The notes under the pieces: generated by a model
Told to the model about the DNA's origin: nothing
The model's input: only the letters and a program-made list of their open reading frames with translations
The model's database searches: none
Shown: positions 25,660-39,220 of the stretch, piece after piece
How the letters are laid out: each line of letters starts with the position of its first letter
Position numbering within the stretch: position 1 is the first letter of the stretch
Assembly (NCBI GenBank): GCA_965202585.1
Contig: OZ241830.1
Coordinates: forward strand, 18,538,001-18,602,000
Direction: 5' to 3'
DNA from: Thalia democratica
Lineage: Eukaryota
Length of the DNA: 64,000 nucleotides
Position numbers and translations under genes: made by a program

Positions 25660-26460
25660 AGAGCATCCCCCACTTTCGCGTCTAATCCTCGCTTATTAAT
25701 AAACAAGTTTGGAGAAAGTATTCTCACTTTTTCATCAATATGCTCTACGTGGGCTGAGGACTTAGCTGCCACGCACGGCTATGCTACCGGCCGTTTCAAA
25801 GTTAAAACCTCCGCATTAAACTCTGCACAAAATTATCAAACTGGACACTTTTCGACTGCCTGAAAGCCACTGGACTTCCCGAGTCGCCTTTGCAGGAGCT
25901 CTGGAACTCAAAAATGGAGTTTGTGTCGGCAGAAATTTTTGGAACTGTCGTCGTTAAACGAGTTGTGCACAGAGGCGACCATCGACAAAAATAATTTCTT
26001 CCCCTGCAAAACATTCATTTGCTGCGCTCTTCCGTTCACCATCTTAACCCGAATTCCTACAGCTCCAACCTATTATCACTTTTAAAGTGGTTCAAAACGG
26101 CCGATTAGTTCGAATCACGCTACTTCCCTGTCGAGATCTTCCACCTAATTTGTTTCCTGTCCCTATAGCCTTCGTTTTACTCCTAGAATAAGCAAATTTT
26201 CTGCGAGCGTCGTTGTTTTGTTTGTGGGGATACATGCTTCCCGCTGTGATCTTGTACACCTCCACGTAAAAGTTTTCAATTGCCAAGCAGTAGATAGCGC
26301 TCAATACCAGCGCGTTATTGTCAGTTAAGCAAAATATTTCGTGTTTGAACTCGGTTTTCCCAGACTTCTGCCCGTTTGGCTCTTCAGGTACGTGTGGCGC
26401 ACCTGGTAGGAATTTTCCTTTTCTCGTGCGTCCTTTACCGACTTCTGAGTGAACATAAGT
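25660..26460 (-). pseudogene. Truncated S1 protease pseudogene (domain 1 and linker of the double-domain type)
   Basis: VLSAIYCL, VYKITAGS, SCKGDSGSPVA (ORFs 26092-26529 and 25802-26014). Stops and frameshifts; breaks off at the A/B junction. Confidence 0.85.
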
Positions 26461-26720
26461 TGAAAATATTTCAAAAGATATCGAAAGAAAGAAGGAGATA
26501 TGTTTGTACTTCCAACTGTTGTTTATCATTATTTTTTATACCAAAATTATTATTTGACGTAACAAATTAACTTATAAAAATCGTGTGTTAAAAATAAAAA
26601 ATAACAGTTATCACTTTTATGGCAAGTTTTTATTAAAATTGTACATATCAAAACTTAAACACATAAATCAAAGAAAGTAGTTTTGTTTAAATAACTAAAA
26701 CAAAAGACATACACATTTAT

Positions 26721-27148
26721 ATTTTTTTATTAGATTTTTAGTCTAATTGTATGAAACTATAATGGCCTGCAAAATCTTCTTGCAATATTTTTTTTTCTTC
26801 TAATTGCAGTTTTTTATCTAGAAAATTGGCCGTACAACGATAAATAATAAAAAATTTTTATAGAAGTTAAAGTTTAATTTTTTATCTAGTTTTCTTGATT
26901 CGACCATGTTTTATTTGTGCCGTATGAAATAATTTCGTAGCTTTTTAAAATCATCAAAACTTATTATAAGTTAAGAACATAGACCTCTAGTCTCATTCTT
27001 TGATATATTAAAATTTTTTGATAAAATTTAAATAATTTGTTTCGGAATAAACATAAATTAACTGATAAAATATGACCCTCGAAAACTATTGGTATGCCGT
27101 TCGTTAAAAAACCAACTCAAAAAAAAATCGGTGCTAATTTATAATGAA
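26721..27148 (+). repeat. ~430-bp duplicate of 29434-29868 inserted upstream of the protease in copy B
   Basis: Colinear similarity (ttttttattagattttt...ggtgctaattt); the matching region of A (~3220) is uninterrupted. Confidence 0.8.
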
Positions 27149-27424
27149 TACAACAATTTAATTACAACAATGTAAGACATAAGACAATTATAGTAAAACT
27201 TCTTTTTTAGTGATTTTTAATACGGTTTGGTTGTTAGAATTTTATTTCTATGTACTTTTGTTGGATCGTAAATTTTTGCTCGCGGACGACTAAATATCGA
27301 AACACTTCGAAAAAAAAAAGTACATACAATCACAACTCTAACAACCAAAACATATTACAAAGATAAATAATGGCTAAGCAGAAACCCTTGCATATTTTTA
27401 GAATAACTTTTTGCGAATATTGAC

Positions 27425-27648
27425 CAGCTTTTTTCTGGTGCATAACTTACTAAAAATATATAACAGAATGCTTTTCATTTTCTTTGAGTTTATTTAAGTA
27501 CTTTCAAATAGGACTCGTCAGAAATTGTTTCCTACTGGATTGGAATGAATACAAATTGAAATAAAATTATACTGCAGTTTAAAGTTTTAAGATATAATAT
27601 GACGTAATAATCAAATGTTAAAAATTAAATAAGTGCTAATGCTAAACA
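27425..27648. mobile_element. 224-bp insertion flanked by a 9-bp direct repeat AATATTGAC
   Basis: Repeat at 27416-27424 and 27649-27657; single copy at the empty site in A (~3450). No TIR seen. Confidence 0.7.
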
Positions 27649-29249
27649 AATATTGACAAAGTACGAAATGTAAAATAATATTGACACACTGAGCGAATAA
27701 AAAAATATAAATTTGTTACAGTAAGATTATTCCCAATCAAAAAAAAACACTGAAGCCTTTCAAAAATGAGAGGACAGTAAAAAAATATAAAAAACATGTA
27801 AACTATCTTTTTGAAAAATGTTGTACTTCTTTTTCTTTATAGCTTTTAGAATAATAGAGAAAACTAGTTAAAATTAACTCTTAACATTAGTATAAAATAA
27901 AGCCCTTCGAGGTAAAAAATGATTGAAAAATTTTTGTTAAACACCTTCGATTGGCTGATATTGATGAAAAGTTTTCTTTATCTAATTTTGCGACTTTCGT
28001 TGATATAAGATTTTTATATAGCTTTCACATTATTTAAATAAAAATATATAAACATTCGTCATTTTCGATGTAGGTTTTGAAACATTAACTAAACTTTAAT
28101 TGATATTAAACATTTTGAAAACAGTTATAAACTTTTAGTATAACATCTTAAATGAAAACCATGTTAAATCGTTTTTTTATTTTGTTTATTCCAGTATTTT
28201 CCGGGGTTGCACACGAAACAGGAAACCAGTCAGAACACGCCCCTAGCCTTAAAATATTTTTAAGTCAACTTCTTTTGTAGAAAATCCTGCATATTTAGAA
28301 TATTCTCCTAAATAATCATAAATAAATTTCTAACTCATATACTTTACTTATTGAAAAATTAGATACGAGATAAATTTTGAAAAACTTAAACTGTTTACAT
28401 ACACGTCTACAACAAATTTTTATTAAAAGAAAATATTGTTTAGTGCTTAACTTGCAGACGACATAAAAACAGTTTTAATAAATTTAAATATAGCGGGAGT
28501 GAGTTTTAGAAAGAAAAAAAAAGTAGACAACATTTTTTTTCTACAATTATGAAACTAAAAAAATCGAACGCTGTATTCCAAAAGAGTGTCTGATGGTACT
28601 GTATTCCAAAAAAAGGTTTAGATAAACCATGAGATGGCGCAAACTCTAAATTTTCCTCTTGAAACCTCGTGTAAGATCACATAAATGCTCTGAACGGGTA
28701 ATTATATAAATTTAAAATTTATAATTACATTAGTGAAAATAGTGTAATGAAAAATTTTTGTTACAAGATTTTATTATCTTATAACGTAAACCTCGTAAAG
28801 GTTTAAACAAATAGGGAGCTAATTTTTCTTCATATCACTCCACACATGAATGGACAAGAAAGACTCATGAGGCCCGTTGGTTTGTAAAGTTAACCTAGAA
28901 TTAGCTGTTTATAAAGTTTATAAAAGTAAACTATTAAGGATAACAAACGAAATAAACGCGGTCGACTAGTTATATTATTATTGAACAAAAACTTGTTTTT
29001 ATGGCCTCTTTTGAATTTTTCATTGCCTACACATTAACTATATTTGTACATGAGCTAGAATCAGTGTTCAACTTAAATTCTTTTAATTTATATTGATAAT
29101 AGTTTGGTATGATTTTAAACTAAACATTTCTTTAAGTTAGTGATCTACCGCAATCGCATATAAAAAATTTAAGTCAGACTTGATCTGCACAATTTGAACT
29201 ATTTAGATTATATTACAAATTTATACTAAAACAAAGATTTTGTGAAGAC

Positions 29250-30782
29250 CAGGGGTATGAGAACTACATCCTACAGGCAGGGTACTAACAGAAAACATAA
29301 ATTAATTAATATATAGAACTTTTATATTAAATAAAGTTTTATAAATTTCTATAAATTATTTGTGTCTTTTATTTAATTTGAGTAAACTTAAAGCTTACTT
29401 AATCAAAATTAAACTTCAATTTTGTTATTAAGGATTTTTTTATTAGATTTTTCAGTCTAATGTAATGAAACTATGATGGACTGCAAAGTCTTCTTGCAAT
29501 ATATTTTTTTTCTTCTAAATGCAGTTTTTATCTTTAAAAAGTGCTGTACAATGATAAACAATAAAAATGCTTTCAGAAGTTAAAGTTTAATTTTTTATCT
29601 AGTTTTCTTGATTCGACCATGTTTTATTCGTGCCGTTAGAAATAATTTCGTAGCTTTTTAAAATCATCAAAACGTAGTATAAGGTAAGAATAAAGACCTC
29701 TAGTCTTATTATGTTGATGTACTAGAATTTGTTGATAAAATTTGAATAATTTGTTTCGGAATTCACATAAATTAACTGATGAAATATGACCCTCAACAAC
29801 TATTGGTATACCGTTCGTTTAAAAAAAATTTAAATGAAAAAAAAAAATTGGTGCTAATTTAAAATGAAAAAAAAAAACCTTCTTGTCAGTAAACTGCTGC
29901 CTAATTAATATTTATTTAATGAATTATTATTTATTGTATTTATTACTTATTTTAAAATTAAAATTTTTCAAAACGCCTGTGGCCCGCAAATAGCGTTTTA
30001 TAGTGAATTTGGTTGTTCCACATTAAACTTTACTGATCCTACTCTGTATAGACAAGAGAGTGATAAATAACTACTGCATTTGTCTTTTATTTGTAAACAT
30101 CAAATAAAAAAGTAAAATTATATTTTAATAACTGCTAAAAATATGCAGACAAAACAGTAACCACCATTGGTCGATTCAATTGGATAGTTCTTATCAAACA
30201 TACTTGATCTTTTTGCCAGTTTATTATATGAATAGATTCATTACGTTACGAATTAAATTATTTGCAGCTTTAATTTAAATATCTTATTTTCTCTGAAGTA
30301 ATTATCACCATTTATTCGATTTTATTGTATACTTTTATTATTAAATAAAAAGATTTTTCAATACAAACAAATCCAATTTAGTGACAATTTCGAATAAATG
30401 TTTGCAACGATGTGGGCTATAATTAAAAAATGTAGAGCGAAAGCTAGCAATACGCCAACATTTAGAATGTCTAAATAGGATCCAGCTTGAAAGAGATATA
30501 AGTGCGGCCCGCAAGCTTGTAAATCTGGCCCGCCAAGCTAAATAATAAAAATTATTTTTAATATAGTGAAAGTTCAAATCCGAAGAAAAAAAAACAGATT
30601 AAGTAAAACTTAATAAAATTCAAAGTTTACATTAGATATAAAATGAGAATGATCACCTAAAATTATTATTTGTCGCTGAATAACTGAGTAATTTTCGTGA
30701 ATGCAACTTAAACGCTTTAGAATATACACAAATTAATTTTTCCACACCTGGCTCGCCGACTAAAATCGTTGCCAACCCCTTA
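29250..30782. mobile_element. Old hAT (Charlie-like) non-autonomous element remnant, paralog of 5055-6285
   Basis: CAGGGGTA... left end, ...GTTGCCAACCCCT right end, internal GGCCCGC motifs. Confidence 0.5.
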
Positions 30783-31851
30783 TATACAGGATAGTTTTAA
30801 AGTTGTCGCAATTCGTACTACCAATATCAATCATTAGGTTCCTATTCAAAAAGTTACTGTTTTATTATTTAATATTTTACTTTCTATAGATAAAGTTTTC
30901 AAGCTATATATTAAAATTAACAAAAAATGAAAACATAATCTATAGAAAATCATTTATTTTAAAATAAAAGAGTAAATTCTTAAATAGCAAGCTATATACT
31001 AAAATAAACAACAAAATGTTTACTATTAAAAGAAAACATAATTATACTAAACAATACATTAGAGTTTTACATAAGCTTATATTTTAAGCGCAAAGAGTAA
31101 TAAAAACAACTGCAGTTAAGACATATATAAAAATTACTTAATTTAGAAATGTTTTATTAATGTTTTTTAACACTCTAAAAATTCTTGTGCAATTATTTCT
31201 TTGTACTACTTTATTAATGACCTGTGCATTTATTCAACTTGAAATTCAAAGGATAACAAAAAATTACTTTTCTGATAATAATTTTGATGAGCAGTTTAAT
31301 TTTTTTTAGAATTATTTACACAAATTTTGAAAAAATTAAAACAATTCTTTTTCTTTTTTGAAATTTTATGTAGAAGAAACATACTAAAAAAATGAGAAAC
31401 TAAAGGAAAATACACATAGTAAATTAAAGCAGTTTAGTGAACTTAATATGTGTAAGATATTGTAAAAAAAAACACATAATATGTTTATTTTAAACGTTAT
31501 ATAATTATTTTAATTGAAAAAAAAAAATTTCTAAGATAAAACTTTTCCGTCAAAAAGAAAATTATTGAAACAAAATCAATTGTGTTTCACACAAACAACT
31601 TTTTTCAAAACAATAAAATTCTGCTGCATCAATTAATTAAATTTGTTTATTGTATAGTTAATAAAGACATTTTACTTGTTAAAACTGTGTAATATTGCAA
31701 GTTGTAAAAATAAAATAAAAAACAAAAGTTTAAATGGTACAAACTTTTGTTTAGATCTTATAAAATTAAAATTTTTTGTAAACAACATTGGTAGTAAAAA
31801 ACTATTAAACAATATCTAACTAACAGATACTTAATAAATGAGCAGAAATCA

Positions 31852-32759
31852 TTAAGTTTCAGTGCAAGAAAAATCAGCCAATTTTAAAGGCAAACTTGGA
31901 CCTCTTCTCCATTCATCTCTTTCAATGTCGTATATCTCAACTTCATCTTTAAGAGTTGCGTAATTAAAACTATATCCCCCCATCACATACAAACTAGACT
32001 TTACAACGCAGCATCCAAATCTAATACGTGGAATATTCATTGAAGCAACGAAGCTAAACTGATTTGTTTCGCTTGAATAAACTTCAATTGAAGCTAAAAA
32101 GGAGTCTTTGTTTTCGCCACCAACAACAAAGAGTTTTTTGTCGTGAGCAACAACGCTATGCCCAGATCGTTCAGTTAGGAGTCTCAAATTGCTTGTTTTC
32201 CATTTGTTTTGAGTAATATCGAATGTCTCTATACTGTCCAGATATGTATATGTCCAGTTATTTGAGTCCTTGATACCGCCAATAGCCCAGATTTTTCCTT
32301 GAAAATAAGTCAAAGTAAGGTCGGATCTTTTAGTGTTCATACTGGAAACTTCAGTCCATTCACAAGTTTCAAAACTGTAGACTTCGCACTTGTCTAAATC
32401 TCCATAAGAGTTTTTATACCCTCCTCCGACAAAAACACTTCCTGCAAAAGAACACATTCAAAAGTCTAGCCGTTTGTTGTGCATTTTTGGAAACGTTTTG
32501 GTAGCTAATTCCTCGTTAAGAGATACGGTCTCATTTTCAGCTGAATAAGCATAGTCTGATCCATTATATCCGCCTATCAAATACATTTGATCTCCTTTTA
32601 TTATGGATTGATGCTGACGTCTACGTGTACCGAAAGTTTTAAATTGATCCCATTTACCAATGTTTGTGTCCATTTTAAAAACACAGTTTTCGTAAGTTGT
32701 CTCATCTGATTTTCCTCCGCTAATGTATATATAATTTTCAACTTCATTGTTTTCTGCAC
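31852..32759 (-). pseudogene. Copy B exon 3: six Kelch repeats with one in-frame TGA (32458-32460)
   Basis: ORFs 32458-32784 and 31852-32457 are in the same frame, separated only by TGA where A has GGA. Acceptor ttttttag|GTGCA. Confidence 0.88.
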
Positions 32760-33070
32760 CTAAAAAATAAAATGAATTATACAACAGTTAAGCAAGTCTT
32801 TATAAACACCAAATAAAAATCAACATTTAAAAAGAAAACATCGACATTAGACATCAGAGCTAGAGCCTTGACTATAATTTATCGTAAAATACTAGAAATT
32901 AACTATAAACAAAATTATCGGGCGAAAGCTTTTAGTAATTAAAACAAAACCTGCATCTGCTGAGAGCTTTGGTTTGATGATTAAAGTTTTAAGTTGCAGT
33001 AACAGAACACAATCTTAGGTATTTAAAACCTGTAAAAATTCTAGAAATAAAGAAAATTTTATTATTGTAC

Positions 33071-33538
33071 CTTTAATTGAATAGCAGTTTGTGATCTGAT
33101 CATCGTTAATATTATCATCTGATATTTCGCTTGCATTTCTTGATAATTTAACCTTACTAATATTAGTTTTTTTCCGTTTTGTAGCTTTTAAACCAGCCAA
33201 CAGATTGTTATTTTCAGACTTTAACTTTTTGTAATCTTTTTTCAAGAACTCTGCTTTGTTTTGCGCCTGTCTGAGCGAATTTTCCACAATTACAAGGTAT
33301 TTAGTTATTTCTTTGTTGTTTTCTTGCAATGCCTTGTTTTCAACTTCTAGTTCGACAGATTTCACCAATATTAAATCACTTATTTTTTCATTGTTTACGT
33401 GTAGTTCTTTCATATTGTTTTCAACTTTATTTGAAAGCCCTTCATGAAGTAAATTTTTATTCAACCATATTTTCATGTTGTAATCTAAAGCTTTCTTATT
33501 TTCACTAAAAACTTCATTTACTTTTTCATTGTCAGTCC
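33071..33538 (-). CDS. Copy B exon 2: coiled-coil region (468 nt)
   Basis: Open frame rich in E/K/L/N heptads. Acceptor ttttgaag|GG and donor AAAG|gtacaa, both phase 1. ORF track 33015-33584. Confidence 0.82.
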
Positions 33539-34749
33539 CTTCAAAAAATTCCGATTTTAAACATAAAATAAAACTATAAACCATAACAAAATTAATTAAA
33601 AATTTTATACTGAGAACTATTTCTACTCGACAAAACTAATATTAAATTTTTTATAACGATTTCTAATCAATAACTACTGAACTTCAAGACTCGCTAACAA
33701 AAAAAAACTTTGGATATTTTAAATTAAGAATTGACAGTTTCCAGCTGTTGTTTAAATAAATTTCAACTGGCTGAAAACAATTAAGGTAATTTAAAGTATC
33801 TTAGGCTATTTTCGGTTAAATATGCCTTTAAAATCTAAACTTATAATTCAAAACGAGGCGATACATCTCAAAAATAAGGACATAAAACAATATTCGGATG
33901 TCGGCATAATTAAAAAGACTATAGTAGTAAAAAAGAAGAGAAAATAAAAAAAAAGCATTTCAAAATTACATATTAATTTCTTTTTTTTAGTTTTAAAAAA
34001 TACAATAATAAATAATTCAACAAAAGTATCGAAAAAAACAATTACTAAATTTCGAAAAATGAGAATTAGTTTTCGGAACAAAAATTTTCAAATTACTAAT
34101 TGTCAGAACTAAATAAGTAGTGCACCTATAAAATTAAATCCTAGTACGTGTTTCATAAATATAAATTTTTAATTTATTAACAAATTAAACAAGTAATATG
34201 ATTAATTAGTTTACAACTTCATAAAATTTGTTACAGAGTGATTAACAAAGAATGTTCAAGTTAGTAGTCTTAAGAATAGAAAAAAACATAAAAATTTATA
34301 AGAGAAAATAAATATTAATTTTTCATGCAAAACGACTGTATATACATATTTTAATAATCAGTAATAATAATAAGGTATATAAGATATAAATAAAGATATA
34401 TTAATCATACATTTAGGGGCATGCAAAAAAAAATAGTTTTCATTTTTTTAACTAGTTTTTTAAATCTTTAAAAGTAATGAGAAGATTGTCAATTTTATTT
34501 GTAAAAGTATCGAAAACTGTAAACTTAAAGTGATTTATAGTTTTCTTTGATCTATGTATTATCAGAGGTTGTTTTGCATTTGATTTAATGATATTATCTC
34601 ATAACATAGAGTTTTAAACTTTGATAGTTTCAAACTTATTTATCTGGACCTTATTATAACTTGATGATCCGTATGGATCCTGGTTATACTTACAACTAGA
34701 AGTTCAACATATATAATTAAGTTATTTAAACTTTAGCAAATAAATAAAC

Positions 34750-35332
34750 CTTTACTAATTACTGCTTCAATATTGTTGATAGCATCTTCACAAGTATTTA
34801 CATCGATTTCGTTTTCTTTAACTTCTAACTTTTGCTCTTCAATAGTTTCTTCTTTTTCATTAAGCAATCTTCTTTTCCTTTTCAACCCATCCTTTGTTAA
34901 GTTTAATTTACTGATTTTTTCAAACAAGTTTTTAATTTCTTTCTGGAAACCTCTCAATAAAACCTTACACAAACTGTAGCCTTCACAGTTGGTTTTGTAA
35001 ATTTCCTTTAGACGGGTATTTTCTTTATCTAACTTCTTAATGATTTTTACCATGGTCATTCTTTTATTTGCCTCATACTCAACAACTTTATCGAAGAAGC
35101 TCAAAGTATCATTTGAACAATCACTGTAGTCAAGTTCTTTATTCACATTAAAGTAAACTTTAACTATATCTTCTTCCTGTAAATCTTGTCTACAAATTGG
35201 ACATGTCTTATTCTCATCTTTTATTACGTTTGATATGCAGCCTTTGTGAAAGGTATGACCACACGGTGTGACAGATACTTTAGTGTCTAATTTGAATAAC
35301 CTATCGAGGCATATACAACATTCGTACTCCAT
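34750..35332 (-). CDS. Copy B exon 1: RING-H2 finger plus coiled coil (583 nt)
   Basis: C3H2C3 RING at the N-terminus; donor AAAG|gtttat, phase 1. ORF track 34733-35332. Confidence 0.9.
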
Positions 35333-38300
35333 TATTACTTTTAATTTTAATATTATAAAACTTTAAAATCTGTTTAAAGTGATTATTAAATACTTTCAGG
35401 TTTACTTTTTAAGTAATGTTAATACTAAAATGAAAGATACGCATGAAAATTTTGACGATTTTATTTAAAAAATATAAAACAAATTAACTTTGTTAAATTT
35501 TATAACAAAATTTCCAATATCATATTTTTCGTCAAAACCTTAAGTCTAGTCTAGTTTGCTTCAGAGCTTAAAGCTGTACTTTTTTTGAAGTAATGTAAAA
35601 AAATGCCTAGTCTTTTAAAAATACTTTAGAATCTGCTTATTTCTCTAGGTGTTTAATAGTAAAATGCTGTGCAAGATGGTTGTAATACTAGTATGCATAA
35701 AATGTATCTTATTGTGCAAAGAAGTTTTCAATAACTTTTATTTTTCTTATTTTACTATGAAAATTTAATCAGAACAAATATTTAAAATGTACTTAGCTAG
35801 TGATATATATATTTAGCCAGTGATCTTCAAAATAATCAGAATCTGTGTACACAAAACTGCAAAACAAACATTGGGTTCTCAATATACTATTTTAAAATGC
35901 GCCGCTAGTGGTAGGACTACGAAAACATTTTAATCAATATATTTATTTAAAAAAAAATATTTTTGAAGCTTTATGTTAATCAGATATGTTTTCTTGGAAC
36001 CCACTAGCGGCCCTAATATATCATTACTAAGTTTAAATTTACATGAAAATCTTTTGATAACACAAGCTGAAATTTAATATTTCATCTTAGTTTTAAAGAA
36101 CCTTTTTATTTGGTTTACTTTATTTTCACAGTGATATTTTAGTTATATGGCTTTTTCTTACATACTTATTAATTGAGCACTTATCCGCAATCACTACACA
36201 ATCCCCAGTACAGTATTCTAAAAAAAGTTTATTAATATTAAATACATACTTAAACTAATTCTTTATCTTTTACTTTGTGAGTATTATCTTATTACAAATG
36301 ATATTAAACAAATAGAAAATGAGAACAAAAAAAACGAATTAAAAACAGCTAAATTCAAAATAATGTATATATTTTTATCTCTGTACAGTTGATGCTGAAA
36401 TTTTTTCTTTCATAGACTGAATTTCTGCATTTCTAGAAAAATTCAGGGTTGTAATTGATTGTCACTTCTTTCTGGTAAAAAAACTAAAAACTTAAATTTT
36501 AACTATATTTTCTTATGAAGTTAGTTACAAATAAGTACTGTATTTTAAGATTTTAGCATGGCTTAGTAATTTAGTTTTGAGTTTGTCACTCTTTTAAGTA
36601 TAAAAACAATCTTAATTGACCAAAAACTAGTTTGTAATTCTTTAAACTAGTCTAAATAAGAAGAAATATATTTATGTTTGCTAAAAACTTAATAACAAAT
36701 TAACAAAGCTTAAATGAATCTAAAATCAATTAATCAAAAAATAGTCAATATAAAAAATAGTCTAACATTCAGAAAAATATCAATCTAGTCTGTTATTTTT
36801 CAATAAATAATCAAACAAACATGTGTCAGTATTAGTTTTTCAAACAAAATTCATGTGCCTAAGTCTCCAAACTTTTAAAATAGCATTAAAGTTATTCCGA
36901 GTAGTTTGAGTGTATGAAAACTCTGTTTTTTAAACAGCTAAATGTCATTTTAGCATTATAATCTAGGTTAATCAATATCAAAAAATATCAATAATTGTGC
37001 TTACTATTAAGATTGATATTATACAGTAAATCAAATATTTTACTGTAAACATTTAATACTTGATATTGTGTTAACTTTTGATTTTAGCTTAGTTTAATAA
37101 AAGAAGTTAGATCCTTTAAAATTACTATTAATAATTTGAAATAAAAATAAACCTAGTTATAATAACACCAAAGAGTTTGATTTAAATTAAGTCAAACATT
37201 GAAAGTAAATGTTGTTAATAAAGTTTGACAGGGTTGTAATCTTTTTAGTCAAAACTGATCTGTATGATTAGAAACTGTCTTGAATGATTTTGAACTGAAC
37301 TGCAGTCACCCAGGATTTTTTTTTTTAATTTTAAAGTTTTCAAAGACAAGATAAGCCAAGCTCTTCAACAAAAATTACCACAAAGTAAAAAATATTGAAA
37401 CTTAACCAACTATATCTCAATTAAAAGGTAGAATAAACTGACATGAAATTTTAAAACTATATTGAGATAAAAAAACTATCTGAGCCAGCCGGAGTTTATA
37501 AAACTAACTTAAAATTTCTTGAGTCATCATGTGTTATAATGAGATTTTCAAAAGTTACAAAGTAACCAGGAATATTCTGAATTTGTGGCGATCTTGTTAG
37601 TTACCTTAATTAACATAGTTATAAGAAACAGATTATTTGAAACATTTATTTTAAGACAAAAAGAGTTGTTAATTTAAATTAAAATGTAGCCTTAGCTTTA
37701 GAAATAAAATTGTAAACTAACATGAAAATTTAAAAAAATCCTTTTTTGTTTAAGTTTTGATAAGAATATCAAAATACCTTTTAACTACCTTTATTTTTGT
37801 AATTATATAAAAAAAAACACTAAAAGGGATATCAATTAACATTTTTTCAAAGCTTAAGTATTGCAAAACAACTAAAGAACCCTAAAGAAAAATTTAAAAC
37901 GTCAAACTGATTTTTTTACTTGAGTCTAACTAAAACAGAAAAAATAACGTAATATTTCACAAATACTAAACGTTAAACTGTATGTAAAATTATAAATTAA
38001 CAAAACACAAAAAAACTTTTCAGCCTTTTCTAAAGTGTTTGTTAAACATGAAGTTACATCATCTTTTAAATCACATACTATAAATATTTTGATTAAACTA
38101 TTCAAATTACTGCATTTGTATATTTTTTAAATAAAAAAATCAGACCTCAAGTAAGCAGTTAAATAATAATTGTTAAGTTTGCTTTTATTTAAACTAAAAC
38201 AAAATCAGCCTGAGTAACAAGTATAAGCAGGGTTGTTACTCTTTGAGTCAAAAATCTATCATGAGCTTTAAATGTTTTTAGTTATTTATGAAAAATCATA

Positions 38301-39220
38301 AATAAATATTTGAAATAAATGAACTTTAAAATAAAAAATTTAAAATATCTAAATAAATAGGAACTTTAACGAAAAAAACATAAAATTCAAACTATAACAA
38401 AGAAACTACATTCCATGAAATAAAAAACATTGAAATAAGATTCAATTTTTTTCAAAATATCCTTGAAGCTTTAAGGAATTGATACTGTTCTGAGTTATTC
38501 TAAGTGTGTGTCACTCTGCGAGAGTTACAACAAACCAGTTTGAGTCAACTTAAGTTTAAAATAGAAAAGAGAACGCTAAAGCTAAAAAGTATGTAGCAGT
38601 ATTCTTAAAGTAACATTATGATTAAAAAAATATGATCTAAAAAAATTCATACTGTTCAAAAAAAATTTGATATAATTTATTCAGAAATTTGACAGAAATT
38701 CTAGAACTAGACTACCTTTTGCAAGAAAAAAATGCCTAGTAAGACTGTATTTTTAAGAAAAGTTTAACTAGGCTGAGTGTTTGACAACTCTAAATGATAC
38801 TGATACTTAAACTGGTTATTAAAAGGTTTGCAACTTTTTAGAGTAAAAATCTTTGTTTAGAGTAAAAAAAATCTATCCTGAGTTACATCAAATTACTCTA
38901 ATCATCCTGATTAATATAAATAATTGAAAAAAGAATTTATAAGACAAATTAAAACACGAAAATTAACAGTTAATTTTTTTTGTTAGAACAACAGAACAAA
39001 ACAGGTAGAAAATAAAGATTATTTTCAAGAGCTAACTTTTCAAATCTTAAAACTAATAAACTAAAGTAACTAGAAATCTATTAAAAACATAGCTAATTAG
39101 CCTGAGATTTACAAAAGAACCCCAGAATATAATAAGCCAGCCTGATTTTTTACAAAAAACCTTTATAAAACTCAAACTAGCCTCAGTATGTGGCAACTAA
39201 GTATTAACTAAACCCTATAA

